64,000 bases of DNA, taken from positions 20,512 through 84,511 of the forward strand of contig JARFTZ010000052.1 of the NCBI GenBank assembly GCA_029289235.1. The letters are read 5' to 3'. This document shows positions 30,866-39,529 of this stretch, piece by piece. Under the pieces are notes generated by a model that searched no databases, was not told the origin of the DNA, and saw nothing but the letters and a program-made list of their open reading frames with translations. This stretch comes from Gammaproteobacteria bacterium. Its GTDB lineage: Bacteria; Pseudomonadota; Gammaproteobacteria; Burkholderiales; Rhodocyclaceae. Positions within the stretch are counted from its first letter, which is position 1. Each line of letters begins with the position of its first letter. Made by a program: the position numbers and the translations under genes.

Positions 30866-31840
30866 ATGTTGAAGACGCTTGTTGCCGTTTGTTCCGCCAC
30901 GACGGTGCTGCTGGCTGGTTCCAGCGCATTTGCCCAGCAGAAATGGGATATGCCGACCGGCTATCCCGGCAATAATTTCCACACCGAAAACATCGTTCAG
31001 TTTGCTGCCGACGTCGACAAGGCGATTGGCGGAAAGCTGAAGATCACCGTGCACGACAACGGTTCCCTGTTCAAGGCCAATGAGATCAAGCGGGCCGTGC
31101 AGGGTGGGCAGGCCGATATCGGCGAGATCATCATTTCCGGGTTCTCCAACGAGGATCCGATGTTCGGCATCGATTCGATCCCGTTCCTGGCGACCGGGTA
31201 TGCGGAGTCGAAGAAGCTCTGGGAGGTGTCCAAGGCGGCAACCGAAGCACGTCTGGCCAAGCAGGGGTTGAAGGTTCTCTACTCGGTGCCGTGGCCACCG
31301 CAAGGCATCTACAGCGCCAAGCCGTTGAACTCTGCCGCTGACCTGAAGGGTGTCAAGTGGCGCGCCTACAATCCGGGCACCAGCCGGATCGCACAACTCG
31401 TCGGTGCGCAACCGGTGACGATCCAGGCCGCCGAACTGACCCAGGCGCTGGCGACCGGTGCGGTGCAGGCATTCATGACCTCCGGCGCGACCGGCTACGA
31501 CAGCAAGGTCTGGGAGCAGGTCAAGTACTACTATGACGTGAGTGCCTGGCTGCCGAAGAACCTGATCATCGTTTCGCAGAAGGCGTTCTCGCGGCTCGAC
31601 AAGCCGACCCAGGAGGCTGTCCTCAAGGCGGCAGCGGCAGCCGAAGAGCGTGGCTGGAAGACCAGCGCCGAGAAGAACAACTGGTACAAGGAACAATTGG
31701 CCAAGAACGGGATGACGGTCGAGGCCGGTTCCGAGCAACTGCGCGAGGACTTCAAGAAGGTCGGTCTGACCATGATTGCCGACTGGACGACGCAGACCGG
31801 GGCCGAGGGGCAGGCTGTCATCGACGCCTTCCGCAAGTAA
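30866..31840 (+). CDS. dctP: TRAP substrate-binding protein DctP, pyroglutamate-binding (Bordetella DctP6/DctP7-like) subfamily
   Basis: Signal peptide; KWDMPTGYP..N.HTEN, EIKRAVQGGQ, SVPWPPQG, KWRAY and AWLPKN segments closely recall B. pertussis DctP6/7 (recognised from memory). pxp genes lie downstream. Confidence 0.88.
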   Translation: MLKTLVAVCSATTVLLAGSSAFAQQKWDMPTGYPGNNFHTENIVQFAADVDKAIGGKLKITVHDNGSLFKANEIKRAVQGGQADIGEIIISGFSNEDPMFGIDSIPFLATGYAESKKLWEVSKAATEARLAKQGLKVLYSVPWPPQGIYSAKPLNSAADLKGVKWRAYNPGTSRIAQLVGAQPVTIQAAELTQALATGAVQAFMTSGATGYDSKVWEQVKYYYDVSAWLPKNLIIVSQKAFSRLDKPTQEAVLKAAAAAEERGWKTSAEKNNWYKEQLAKNGMTVEAGSEQLREDFKKVGLTMIADWTTQTGAEGQAVIDAFRK

Positions 31841-31977
31841 TTCCCCGTCATTCGGGAGTCGCCGTGATGCCGTTCTTGCAACTGATCGCAACGATGATGG
31901 TGTTTGTCGTCCGACTGTACTGCACGGGCACTTGCACATTCACGGCGACGGCCACGCGCCTCGCCTGAAACCAACTT

Positions 31978-32007
31978 GCGGGCGACCACCGGTCGCCCGC
32001 TTCATTT
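31978..32007 (+). terminator. Perfect 10-bp hairpin between dctP and dctQ (attenuator or mRNA stabiliser)
   Basis: GCGGGCGACC-acc-GGTCGCCCGC followed by TTCATTT. Confidence 0.55.
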
Positions 32008-32020
32008 CCGAGGGAAGTAG

Positions 32021-32539
32021 ATGCGTTCCTTGTTGAACGGCCTGTTCAATGCGACAGGCCATCTCGCCGGTGTGTTCATGATCGGAACACTGCTGGCCGT
32101 GCTTTCGAGCATTTTCGGGCGGATTTTTCCTGCGCTCGAGGTTCACGGTGCCGATGCCTACGCGGGCTACTGCATGGCCGCGTCAGCCTTTCTGGCGCTC
32201 GCGGCGACGTTGCGCCGGGGCGAGCATATCCGGGTGACGCTGATCATCAACCATCTGCCGCCGGCCGCCAGGAAGTGGCTGGACGTGTTCTGCCATGTCG
32301 TCGCGCTGGGCGTGGCGGCGCTGCTGGCGTGGTACTCGATCCGTCTGGTCGTGCAGTCATATGCCTTCAACGACATCTCCACTGGCCTCGATGCGACGCC
32401 GCTATGGATTCCGCAACTGGGCATGGCGATCGGAACGACGATCTTCACCCTGGCGTTCGCGCTGGATCTCGCCGATCTGGTGTCCGGACGGAAAATCGTC
32501 GAAGCGCCGAAAGAGGGCGAACCGGCGCGCGTCGAATAG
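32021..32539 (+). CDS. dctQ: TRAP small permease DctQ
   Basis: Four TM segments; LRRGEHIRVTL motif. Confidence 0.92.
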   Translation: MRSLLNGLFNATGHLAGVFMIGTLLAVLSSIFGRIFPALEVHGADAYAGYCMAASAFLALAATLRRGEHIRVTLIINHLPPAARKWLDVFCHVVALGVAALLAWYSIRLVVQSYAFNDISTGLDATPLWIPQLGMAIGTTIFTLAFALDLADLVSGRKIVEAPKEGEPARVE

Positions 32540-32555
32540 CACAACGGGACGAATC

Positions 32556-33854
32556 ATGGATTTTTACATCACCGCTTTTCTCATCGTCGTCCTGTTCGCC
32601 ATTCTCGGCAGCGGCGTCTGGATCGGACTGTCGCTGGCCGGGGTTGCCTGGATCGGCATGCAGTTATTCACCTCGCGACCGGTTGGCGACGCGATGGTCA
32701 TGACGATCTGGGGATCGTCATCGTCCTGGACGCTGACGGCGCTGCCGCTGTTTATCTGGATGGGCGAGATACTCTTCCGCACCAAATTGTCGGAGGACAT
32801 GTTCAAGGGGCTGGCGCCGTGGCTGGAGAAGATTCCGGGGCGATTGCTGCACACCAACATCATCGGCTGCACGATCTTCGCCGCCGTCTCCGGTTCCTCT
32901 GCCGCGACTTGCGCGACCATTGGCAAAATGGCCTTGCCGGAGCTGAAGAAGCGCGGCTACCCCGATTCGATTGCCATCGGCACGCTGGCGGGGGCCGGGA
33001 CGCTCGGGCTGCTTATCCCGCCGTCGATCATCATGATCGTCTATGGCGTCACCGCCAACGTCTCGATCGCCAAGCTGTTCATCGCCGGGGTGTTTCCCGG
33101 CCTGCTCCTGGCGGGGTTGTTCATGGCCTACACGATGGTCTGGGCGTTGTTGCATCCCGAGCAGATTCCGCCGCCGGACCGCGAGTTGACCTTTCGCCAG
33201 AAGTTGCACGAGTCGCGTCATCTGATTCCTGTGGTGACGCTGATCACCGCCGTGCTGGGGTCAATCTATAGCGGCGTGGCGACGGCGACCGAAGCGGCGG
33301 CCCTCGGGGTCGTCGGTTCGATGATCATCGCCGCGTTCCAGGGTGTGCTGACCTGGCAGAACTTCATCGACAGCCTGCTCGGCGGCACGCGGCTGTACTG
33401 CATGATTGCGCTGATTCTCGCCGGCGCGGCTTTCCTGACGCTGGCGATGGGCTATATCGGCCTGCCGCGGCATCTCGCCGAATGGATCACCAGCCTGCAC
33501 CTGCCCCCGCTGGCGCTGATCTTTGCGCTGATGCTCTTTTTCATCGTGCTCGGCTGTTTCCTCGACGGCATCTCGATGGTCGTGCTGACCATGGGCGTGC
33601 TGTTGCCGACCGTCGAGCGGGCCGGTTTCGACTTGCTGTGGTTTGGCATTTTCGTCGTGCTCGTGGTCGAGATGGCGCAGATCACGCCGCCGGTCGGCTT
33701 CAATCTGTTCGTGCTGCAAGGGATGACCAGGAAGGAAATTTCCTGGCTGTCCAGACAGGCGTTTCCGATGTTCGTTCTGATGCTGGTGATGGTCCTCTTG
33801 ATGTACTTCGTTCCGGACATCACCAACTGGTTGCCGCAACACATGGGAGGATAA
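32556..33854 (+). CDS. dctM: TRAP large permease DctM
   Basis: From ATG 32556: LTALPLFIWMGEIL, SGSSAATCATIG, GTLGLLIPPSI and QITPPVGFNLFV. Confidence 0.94.
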   Translation: MDFYITAFLIVVLFAILGSGVWIGLSLAGVAWIGMQLFTSRPVGDAMVMTIWGSSSSWTLTALPLFIWMGEILFRTKLSEDMFKGLAPWLEKIPGRLLHTNIIGCTIFAAVSGSSAATCATIGKMALPELKKRGYPDSIAIGTLAGAGTLGLLIPPSIIMIVYGVTANVSIAKLFIAGVFPGLLLAGLFMAYTMVWALLHPEQIPPPDRELTFRQKLHESRHLIPVVTLITAVLGSIYSGVATATEAAALGVVGSMIIAAFQGVLTWQNFIDSLLGGTRLYCMIALILAGAAFLTLAMGYIGLPRHLAEWITSLHLPPLALIFALMLFFIVLGCFLDGISMVVLTMGVLLPTVERAGFDLLWFGIFVVLVVEMAQITPPVGFNLFVLQGMTRKEISWLSRQAFPMFVLMLVMVLLMYFVPDITNWLPQHMGG

Positions 33855-33856
33855 GG

Positions 33857-34630
33857 TTGAACAGTAACGAAACCGGCGGGATGGTTCAGGCCCGCCTGCT
33901 GCCGGTCGGCGATACGGCATGGACCGTCGAGTTCGGCAGCGTGATCGATCCAGCGCTGCATGCCCGCGTGCTTGGTTTGACCGAGGCGCTCGAAAAGGCG
34001 AGAAAGGATGCGCTTTTCAGCGCCATCGTCGACGTCGTGCCGACCTTCCGCTCGCTGACCGTGCACTTCGATCCGCTGCGTTGCGACGGGCAACGTCTCG
34101 GCGAGGCGCTGCTGAACCTGGCGCAGACGTCGGGTGCCAAACAGGCAGAGGGGCGACAATGGTGCCTGCCCGTCTGCTTTGACGACGAGTTCGCTCCCGA
34201 TCTCGCTGAACTGGCCCAAATCAAGGGAATGACCCGCGAGGCCGTGATCGAGCGACTCACCGCTGCCGAGTTCCGCGTCTACATGATCGGCTTCATGCCC
34301 GGTTTTCCGTATATGGGCGGCCTGCCCGCCGAGTTGCAGATGCCGCGCCTCGCCTCGCCGCGTAAGGCGGTGCCGGAGCGTTCGCTCGCCGTCGCGGGCG
34401 AGATGTGCGCGGTTTACCCCTGGGAGAGCCCGGGTGGCTGGCGCCTGCTCGGGCGAACCCCGGTGCCGATGTTCTCGGCGGCCGACCCGGTGCCGGCGCT
34501 GCTGGCTTCCGGCGACCGTGTGCACTGGCGAGGCATCGATCGCGACACGTATCTTGAACTGGAAGCGGCGGCTAAGGCGGGAACGCTTGACCGGAGCAGC
34601 CTGTTGCTGCCCGAGGGAGGTCGGTCATGA
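33857..34630 (+). CDS. pxpB: 5-oxoprolinase subunit B (AHS1/KipI-like)
   Basis: LPVGDTAWTVEF, DVVPTFRSLTVHFDP, YMIGFMPGFPYMGG and YPWESPGGWRLLGRTP. TTG 33857 follows GGAGG; ATG 33881 is the alternative. Confidence 0.92.
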   Translation: MNSNETGGMVQARLLPVGDTAWTVEFGSVIDPALHARVLGLTEALEKARKDALFSAIVDVVPTFRSLTVHFDPLRCDGQRLGEALLNLAQTSGAKQAEGRQWCLPVCFDDEFAPDLAELAQIKGMTREAVIERLTAAEFRVYMIGFMPGFPYMGGLPAELQMPRLASPRKAVPERSLAVAGEMCAVYPWESPGGWRLLGRTPVPMFSAADPVPALLASGDRVHWRGIDRDTYLELEAAAKAGTLDRSSLLLPEGGRS

Positions 34631-35619
34631 GCGGCGTTCTGGAAGTCCTCAATCCCGGCCTCGGCAACGGCATTCAGGATGCCGGCCGTTTCGGCTATCG
34701 GCACATGGGAATCACCGTTTCCGGTTGTCTCGATCGTCCGCTGGCGCGCTGCGCCAACGCCTTGGCGGGCAATGCCGCGGACGCGGCGTGCATCGAAGTT
34801 CGCGTCATGGGGCCGGCGTTGAAGGTGGTACAGGGGCCGGTGTGCCTGGCCGTCGCGGGGAACATGGTGCCGAAGGTGCGCCGGGCGGACGGGCGGCAGG
34901 AGGAAGCGCCGGCTTGGCGCAGCGTCACGCTTGACGTTGGCGACGTGCTCGAAACCGGAACCGTGCGCGGCGGCGTGGCCTATATCGCGGTCGGCGGCGG
35001 CTTCGACACGCCGGTGCAACTCGGCAGCCGCTCGACGTACCAGCGCGCGCTGATCGGCGGCATCGACGGCCGCCTGCTGGCCAAGGGCGATTCCTTGCCT
35101 TGCGGCGTGCCGGCCGATCCCCTGCAGGGCGAACGGCATGCCGCACCGTGGACCTGCGACGAGTGTCCGATCCGCGTCATCCTCGGCCCGCAGCAGGAGC
35201 ATTTCACCGCGGCTGCGCTGCAGGAATTCGTGAACTCGGCCTACACGGTAACGCCGCAGATGGACCGCATGGGCATGCGCCTCGACGGCCCGCCGCTCAA
35301 GCACGTGACGCCGGAAGCGGCGGACATCGTTTCCGACGGCGTGACGCCGGGCGTCATCCAGGTGCCCGGCAACGGCCAGCCGATCATCCTGCTGGCCGAC
35401 TGCCAGACCGTCGGCGGCTACCCGAAGATCGCCACGGTGATTTCGGCCGACCTGCCGCGGCTGGCGCAGCGCAAGCCGGGTGATGTGCTCCGTTTCCGCG
35501 CCGTCGATGCCGCGGAAGCGAAGGCCGCCTTGCTGGATCTGGAAAGCCGTTGGCGCGCCTGGGCGGACACGCTCGTGCAGGAAACGACTGACGACGATGC
35601 CGCGTGGGCGGCGATCTAA
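34627..35619 (+). CDS. pxpC: 5-oxoprolinase subunit C (AHS2/KipA-like)
   Basis: IQDAGRFGY, GSRSTY, DRMGMRL, GVIQVPGNGQPIILLADCQTVGGYPKI; ATGA overlap with pxpB. Confidence 0.92.
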   Translation: MSGVLEVLNPGLGNGIQDAGRFGYRHMGITVSGCLDRPLARCANALAGNAADAACIEVRVMGPALKVVQGPVCLAVAGNMVPKVRRADGRQEEAPAWRSVTLDVGDVLETGTVRGGVAYIAVGGGFDTPVQLGSRSTYQRALIGGIDGRLLAKGDSLPCGVPADPLQGERHAAPWTCDECPIRVILGPQQEHFTAAALQEFVNSAYTVTPQMDRMGMRLDGPPLKHVTPEAADIVSDGVTPGVIQVPGNGQPIILLADCQTVGGYPKIATVISADLPRLAQRKPGDVLRFRAVDAAEAKAALLDLESRWRAWADTLVQETTDDDAAWAAI

Positions 35620-35652
35620 AAAATTGGAGATTGCTGAATAGATGCGAAAAAC

Positions 35653-35752
35653 CCACCACGGAGGCACAGAGGCGAAGAGTATTCGCAGAGAAGGCCATTT
35701 GGAATAGAGTTTTTCTCTGTGTTTCCTCTGTGCCTCCGCGTCTCTGTGGTGG
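35653..35752. repeat. About 100-bp imperfect palindrome (REP/MITE-like) inserted between pxpC and pxpA
   Basis: CCACCAC-GGAGGCACAGAGG...CAGAGAA on the left pairs with TTCTCTG...CCTCTGTGCCTCCG...GTGGTGG on the right; the core is AT-richer than the flanks. Confidence 0.75.
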
Positions 35753-35772
35753 TGCTTTGACTGGAGTTCAAG

Positions 35773-36555
35773 ATGACCAAACTGCTCAACCTCAACGCCG
35801 ATCTCGGCGAAAGTTTCGGCCCGTGGAAAATGGGCAGCGACGGCGCCATGCTCGGCATCGTCAAGTCGGCCAACGTGGCTTGCGGCTACCATGCCGGCGA
35901 TCCGACCGTGATGCTCAAGACGGCGGCGCTGGCGCGCGACAACGGCGTCAGCATCGGTGCGCATCCCGGTTTTCCCGATCTGCAGGGCTTCGGCCGGCGG
36001 CGCATGGACATCCCGCTCGACGAACTGGAAGCGATGATGCTCTACCAGATCGGCGCGCTTGAGGCCTGCGCCCGCGCGCAGGGGATGCGGGTCACCCACG
36101 TCAAGCCGCACGGTGCGCTGTCGAACATCGCCTGCGCCGAGCGCAAGATCGCCGATGCCATCGCCCGCGCCGTCAAGCGCCTCGATCCGACGCTGATCCT
36201 GCTCGCTCCGGCCGCTTCGCAACTGATCCTGGCCGGGCGCGAACAGGGGCTGCCGATCGTCGAGGAAGTCTTCGCCGACCGCGCCTATCTCGACGATGGC
36301 AACCTGGTGCCGCGCAGCCAGCCCGGCGCGATGGTGCATGGCGCCGAAGCGAGCCTCGAGCATGTCATGCGCATGGTCGAGGAACAGGCGCTGATTTCGA
36401 TCACCGGCAAGCGCATCCCGGTCAATCCGCAAAGCATCTGCGTGCATGGCGACAACGCCGAGGCGGTGGCGACGGCGAAGGCGCTGCGCGAGGGCCTGGA
36501 AAAGGCCGGCTACACGATGGCGACGATTCCGGAGATTCACGCCGCGGCGAAGTAG
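35773..36555 (+). CDS. pxpA: 5-oxoprolinase subunit A (LamB/YcsF)
   Basis: LNADLGESFG, SANVACGYHAGDP, IGAHPGFPD, HVKPHGAL, EVFADRAY and SICVHGDN. Confidence 0.96.
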   Translation: MTKLLNLNADLGESFGPWKMGSDGAMLGIVKSANVACGYHAGDPTVMLKTAALARDNGVSIGAHPGFPDLQGFGRRRMDIPLDELEAMMLYQIGALEACARAQGMRVTHVKPHGALSNIACAERKIADAIARAVKRLDPTLILLAPAASQLILAGREQGLPIVEEVFADRAYLDDGNLVPRSQPGAMVHGAEASLEHVMRMVEEQALISITGKRIPVNPQSICVHGDNAEAVATAKALREGLEKAGYTMATIPEIHAAAK

Positions 36556-36598
36556 CAGCCGGGCGGAACCCGGCGCACGGTTCATGGGTCCGATGCGC

Positions 36599-37732
36599 AT
36601 GAACCGAATTCGCTGGATATTCCTGATCATCCTTACCCTTCTCGCCGGCTTTTTGCTCTTATGGCCGGCGGAGTCCCGGGCGCAGGCCGCCCCGTTTCGC
36701 GCCGTCACTGTCAGCGAAGGCCTGGAGTACCCGTGGGGCCTCGCCTTCCTGCCGGACGGCCGGATGCTGGTGACCGAGCGGCCCGGCCGGTTACGCCTCG
36801 TTGACCGCGACGGCAAGCTAGATCCGCGGCCGATCGCCGGCGTGCCCGCGGTGGCGGTCGTGGGGCAGGGAGGACTGCTCGACGTCGCGCTGCATCCCGC
36901 GTTCGAAACGAACCGCTGGGTCTATATTTCCTACGCTGCGCGGGGCGAGGGCGGTTACGGCACCGAAGTGGCGCGCGGGCGGCTTGACGGCCATGTGCTG
37001 CGAGACGTCACTGTGCTGTTCTCGATGCGTCCAAAAACCTCGGCCGGCCAGCATTTCGGTTCGCGGCTGGTTTTCGACCGCAAGGGCTTCCTGTACATCA
37101 CCCTCGGTGACCGGGGCGAGATGGCGCGGGCGCAGCGTGTTGACGACCACGCCGGCTCGGTGATCCGCCTGCACGACGACGGGCGCGTGCCGGTGGACAA
37201 CCCGTTTGTCGGCGTCGCCAACGCACTGCCCGAAATATTCACGCTCGGCAACCGCAACATCCAGGGCGCCGCGCTGCACCCGCAGACCGGCGAACTGTGG
37301 GCGCACGAGCATGGGCCGCAGGGCGGCGACGAGATCAACATCATCCGCGCCGGGGTCAATTACGGCTGGCCGGTGATCACCTACGGGCGCAATTACGTCA
37401 GCGGCACGCGCATTGGCGAAGGCAGCGAAAAGGCCGGCTTGGCCCAGCCACTGCTGCAGTGGACACCGTCGATCGCGCCGGCGGGGATGGCCTTTTACAC
37501 AGGAGACAAATTCCCGGCCTGGCGTGGCAACCTGTTCGTCGGCGCCTTGCGCGGGCAGATGATGGTGCGGCTGGAGCTCGACGGCAACCGCATCGTGCGC
37601 GAGGAGCGGCTGCTGGAAAACCAGCTTGGGCGCATCCGCGACGTGCGCAACGGCCCCGATGGCTTTCTCTACCTGCTGACTGACAGTGCCAAGGGGCGCA
37701 TCGTCCGCCTGGAACCCATTGGCTCGCGGTAG
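36599..37732 (+). CDS. PQQ-dependent sugar (aldose) dehydrogenase, GSDH/YliI family
   Basis: Signal peptide; GLEYPWGLAFLPDG, GQGGLLDVALHP, HFGSRLVF, GNRNIQG, HEHGPQGGDEIN, GVNYGWP and GRIRDV. The start could instead be 36584 or 36593. Confidence 0.92.
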   Translation: MNRIRWIFLIILTLLAGFLLLWPAESRAQAAPFRAVTVSEGLEYPWGLAFLPDGRMLVTERPGRLRLVDRDGKLDPRPIAGVPAVAVVGQGGLLDVALHPAFETNRWVYISYAARGEGGYGTEVARGRLDGHVLRDVTVLFSMRPKTSAGQHFGSRLVFDRKGFLYITLGDRGEMARAQRVDDHAGSVIRLHDDGRVPVDNPFVGVANALPEIFTLGNRNIQGAALHPQTGELWAHEHGPQGGDEINIIRAGVNYGWPVITYGRNYVSGTRIGEGSEKAGLAQPLLQWTPSIAPAGMAFYTGDKFPAWRGNLFVGALRGQMMVRLELDGNRIVREERLLENQLGRIRDVRNGPDGFLYLLTDSAKGRIVRLEPIGSR

Positions 37733-37797
37733 CTTCGCCGGGTATCCGCGCATGTGGTGATGACTTACACTCCGGTCATTGCCGACCGGGAAGAACC

Positions 37798-38418
37798 ATG
37801 CTCAAGAACAATCTGAACGATCTGCTGGCGCGCATCCAGGCGCTGCAGGAAGACGTCGAGGAAGAGTATCGCAAGGCGCGCGAAGACTTGCAGACGAAGC
37901 AGGCGGAACTCGCCGAGGAGTTCCTGCGCCAGCAAAAGCGCTACAAGATCGGGTTGTTCCGCTTCCTCGCGCGCAGCAATCTGCTGGACATCATCACCGC
38001 GCCGATCATCTACAGCGGCTGGATTCCGTTCCTGCTGATGGACCTGTTCGTGACCGTCTATCAGACAATCTGCTTCCCGGTCTATCGCATTCCCAAGGTG
38101 AAGCGTTCCGATTACCTGGTGTTCGACCGCGGCGACCTGCCGTATCTCAACCTGATCGAGAAGTTCAACTGCTTCTATTGCTCCTACGGCAACGGCGTGG
38201 CCGCCTACACCCGCGAGGTGGCCGCGCGCACGGAGCAGTACTGGTGTCCGATCAAGCACGCCCGGCGGATCAAGGGCGCGCACGAACGGTATCCGAACTT
38301 TTTCGATCCCGGCGATGCCGAAGCCTTCCGCCAGGGGTTGAACCGCCTGCGCCGGCAGTTCGGGGAAGTCCCCGGAAATGATCCAGGAAAACAGCGAGGG
38401 CAGGGGGAGGGAAATTGA
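37798..38418 (+). CDS. Hypothetical protein with N-terminal coiled coil, hydrophobic segment and Cys/His cluster
   Basis: 206-aa ORF with RBS and good codon usage; QTICFP, KFNCFYCSYGNG and EQYWCPIKHAR; overlaps the next gene by 4 nt. Confidence 0.8.
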   Translation: MLKNNLNDLLARIQALQEDVEEEYRKAREDLQTKQAELAEEFLRQQKRYKIGLFRFLARSNLLDIITAPIIYSGWIPFLLMDLFVTVYQTICFPVYRIPKVKRSDYLVFDRGDLPYLNLIEKFNCFYCSYGNGVAAYTREVAARTEQYWCPIKHARRIKGAHERYPNFFDPGDAEAFRQGLNRLRRQFGEVPGNDPGKQRGQGEGN

Positions 38419-39524
38419 ATTCGATCCGGCGTTACCGTGACAACCTGCAGGACGAGATCGACGGTGCGGCGCTGTACACGGCGCTTTCCGGCTACGAGCG
38501 GGATCCGACCCGGAAGGATCTCTTCCTGCAACTGGCGCAGGCCGAGAACGAGCACGCAGACATCTGGCGCGACAAGTTGATGGCGGCCGGGATTACCGAT
38601 TTGCCGCTCGGGCCGTCGCTCAAAACCCGGCTTCTCATCCGCTTGGCGCGGCATTTCGGTCCGCGATTCGTCCTTCCCGTCGTCGCGGCCAACGAGTTCT
38701 CCGATCGCAACAAGTACGCGAATCAGCCCGACGCGGCAGCGTTGTCGGCGGAGGAACACGGCCATGCGGCGGTGATTCGCGCCGCCGCCGGGCAGGGCGG
38801 GCCGGTGGATGGCAGCGATATCGCCGGGGCGGAGCACTGGCATCGCGGCGGTTCCGGCAATGAGTTGCGCGCCGCCGTGCTCGGGGTCAATGACGGGCTG
38901 GTTTCCAATTTCTGCCTGGTCATGGGCGTGGCGGGCGCCGGGGCCGCGTCGGCGACCGTTTTGTTGACCGGACTGGCGGGATTGGTGGCGGGGGCCCTGT
39001 CGATGGCGCTCGGTGAGTGGCTGTCAGTGACCAACGCCCGCGAACTGGCGCGCACGCAGATCGAGCGGGAAGCCGAGGAACTCGAACAGACGCCCGAGGC
39101 CGAGAAGAAGGAACTGGCGCTGATCTACCAGGCCAAGGGCATCGAGCGCGAACAGGCCTGGCTGATCGCCACGAAGGTCATGGAAAACCGCGACACGGCG
39201 CTGGAGACGCTGGCGCGCGAGGAACTCGGCATCGACCCGGCGGAACTCGGCGGCAACCCGTGGAGTGCGGCCGGCGTCTCGCTGCTGCTGTTCGCCCTGG
39301 GCGCGATTTTCCCGGTTGCGCCGTTCTTGTGGCTGGAGAACTCGGTTGGCATCGTTGCCAGCATCGCTCTCAGCCTGTTCGGGCTTGGCGCCGTCGGCGC
39401 GGTGACCTCGCTGTTCAATGGCCGCAGCTTCGCCTATTCGGCCTCCCGCCAGATTCTGTTCGGCGGGGCTGCGGCGGCGGTGACGTTCGGTGTCGGCATC
39501 CTGTTCGGTGCGACGATCGCCTGA
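38415..39524 (+). CDS. VIT1/CCC1-family Fe/Mn transporter with N-terminal ferritin/rubrerythrin-like domain
   Basis: N-terminal DEIDGAALY...AENEH; VIT1 motifs RAAVLGVNDGLVSN, GALSMALGEWLSV and AREELGID; TTG start after GGGGAGG. Confidence 0.9.
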   Translation: MNSIRRYRDNLQDEIDGAALYTALSGYERDPTRKDLFLQLAQAENEHADIWRDKLMAAGITDLPLGPSLKTRLLIRLARHFGPRFVLPVVAANEFSDRNKYANQPDAAALSAEEHGHAAVIRAAAGQGGPVDGSDIAGAEHWHRGGSGNELRAAVLGVNDGLVSNFCLVMGVAGAGAASATVLLTGLAGLVAGALSMALGEWLSVTNARELARTQIEREAEELEQTPEAEKKELALIYQAKGIEREQAWLIATKVMENRDTALETLAREELGIDPAELGGNPWSAAGVSLLLFALGAIFPVAPFLWLENSVGIVASIALSLFGLGAVGAVTSLFNGRSFAYSASRQILFGGAAAAVTFGVGILFGATIA

Positions 39525-39529
39525 GCCGG

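Noticed and set aside
33857-36555. Allophanate hydrolase/urea carboxylase or KipI-KipA sporulation inhibitor annotation
   Set aside because: There is no biotin carboxylase or amidase gene. The B-C-A trio with LamB/YcsF and a pyroglutamate-type DctP fits PxpABC.
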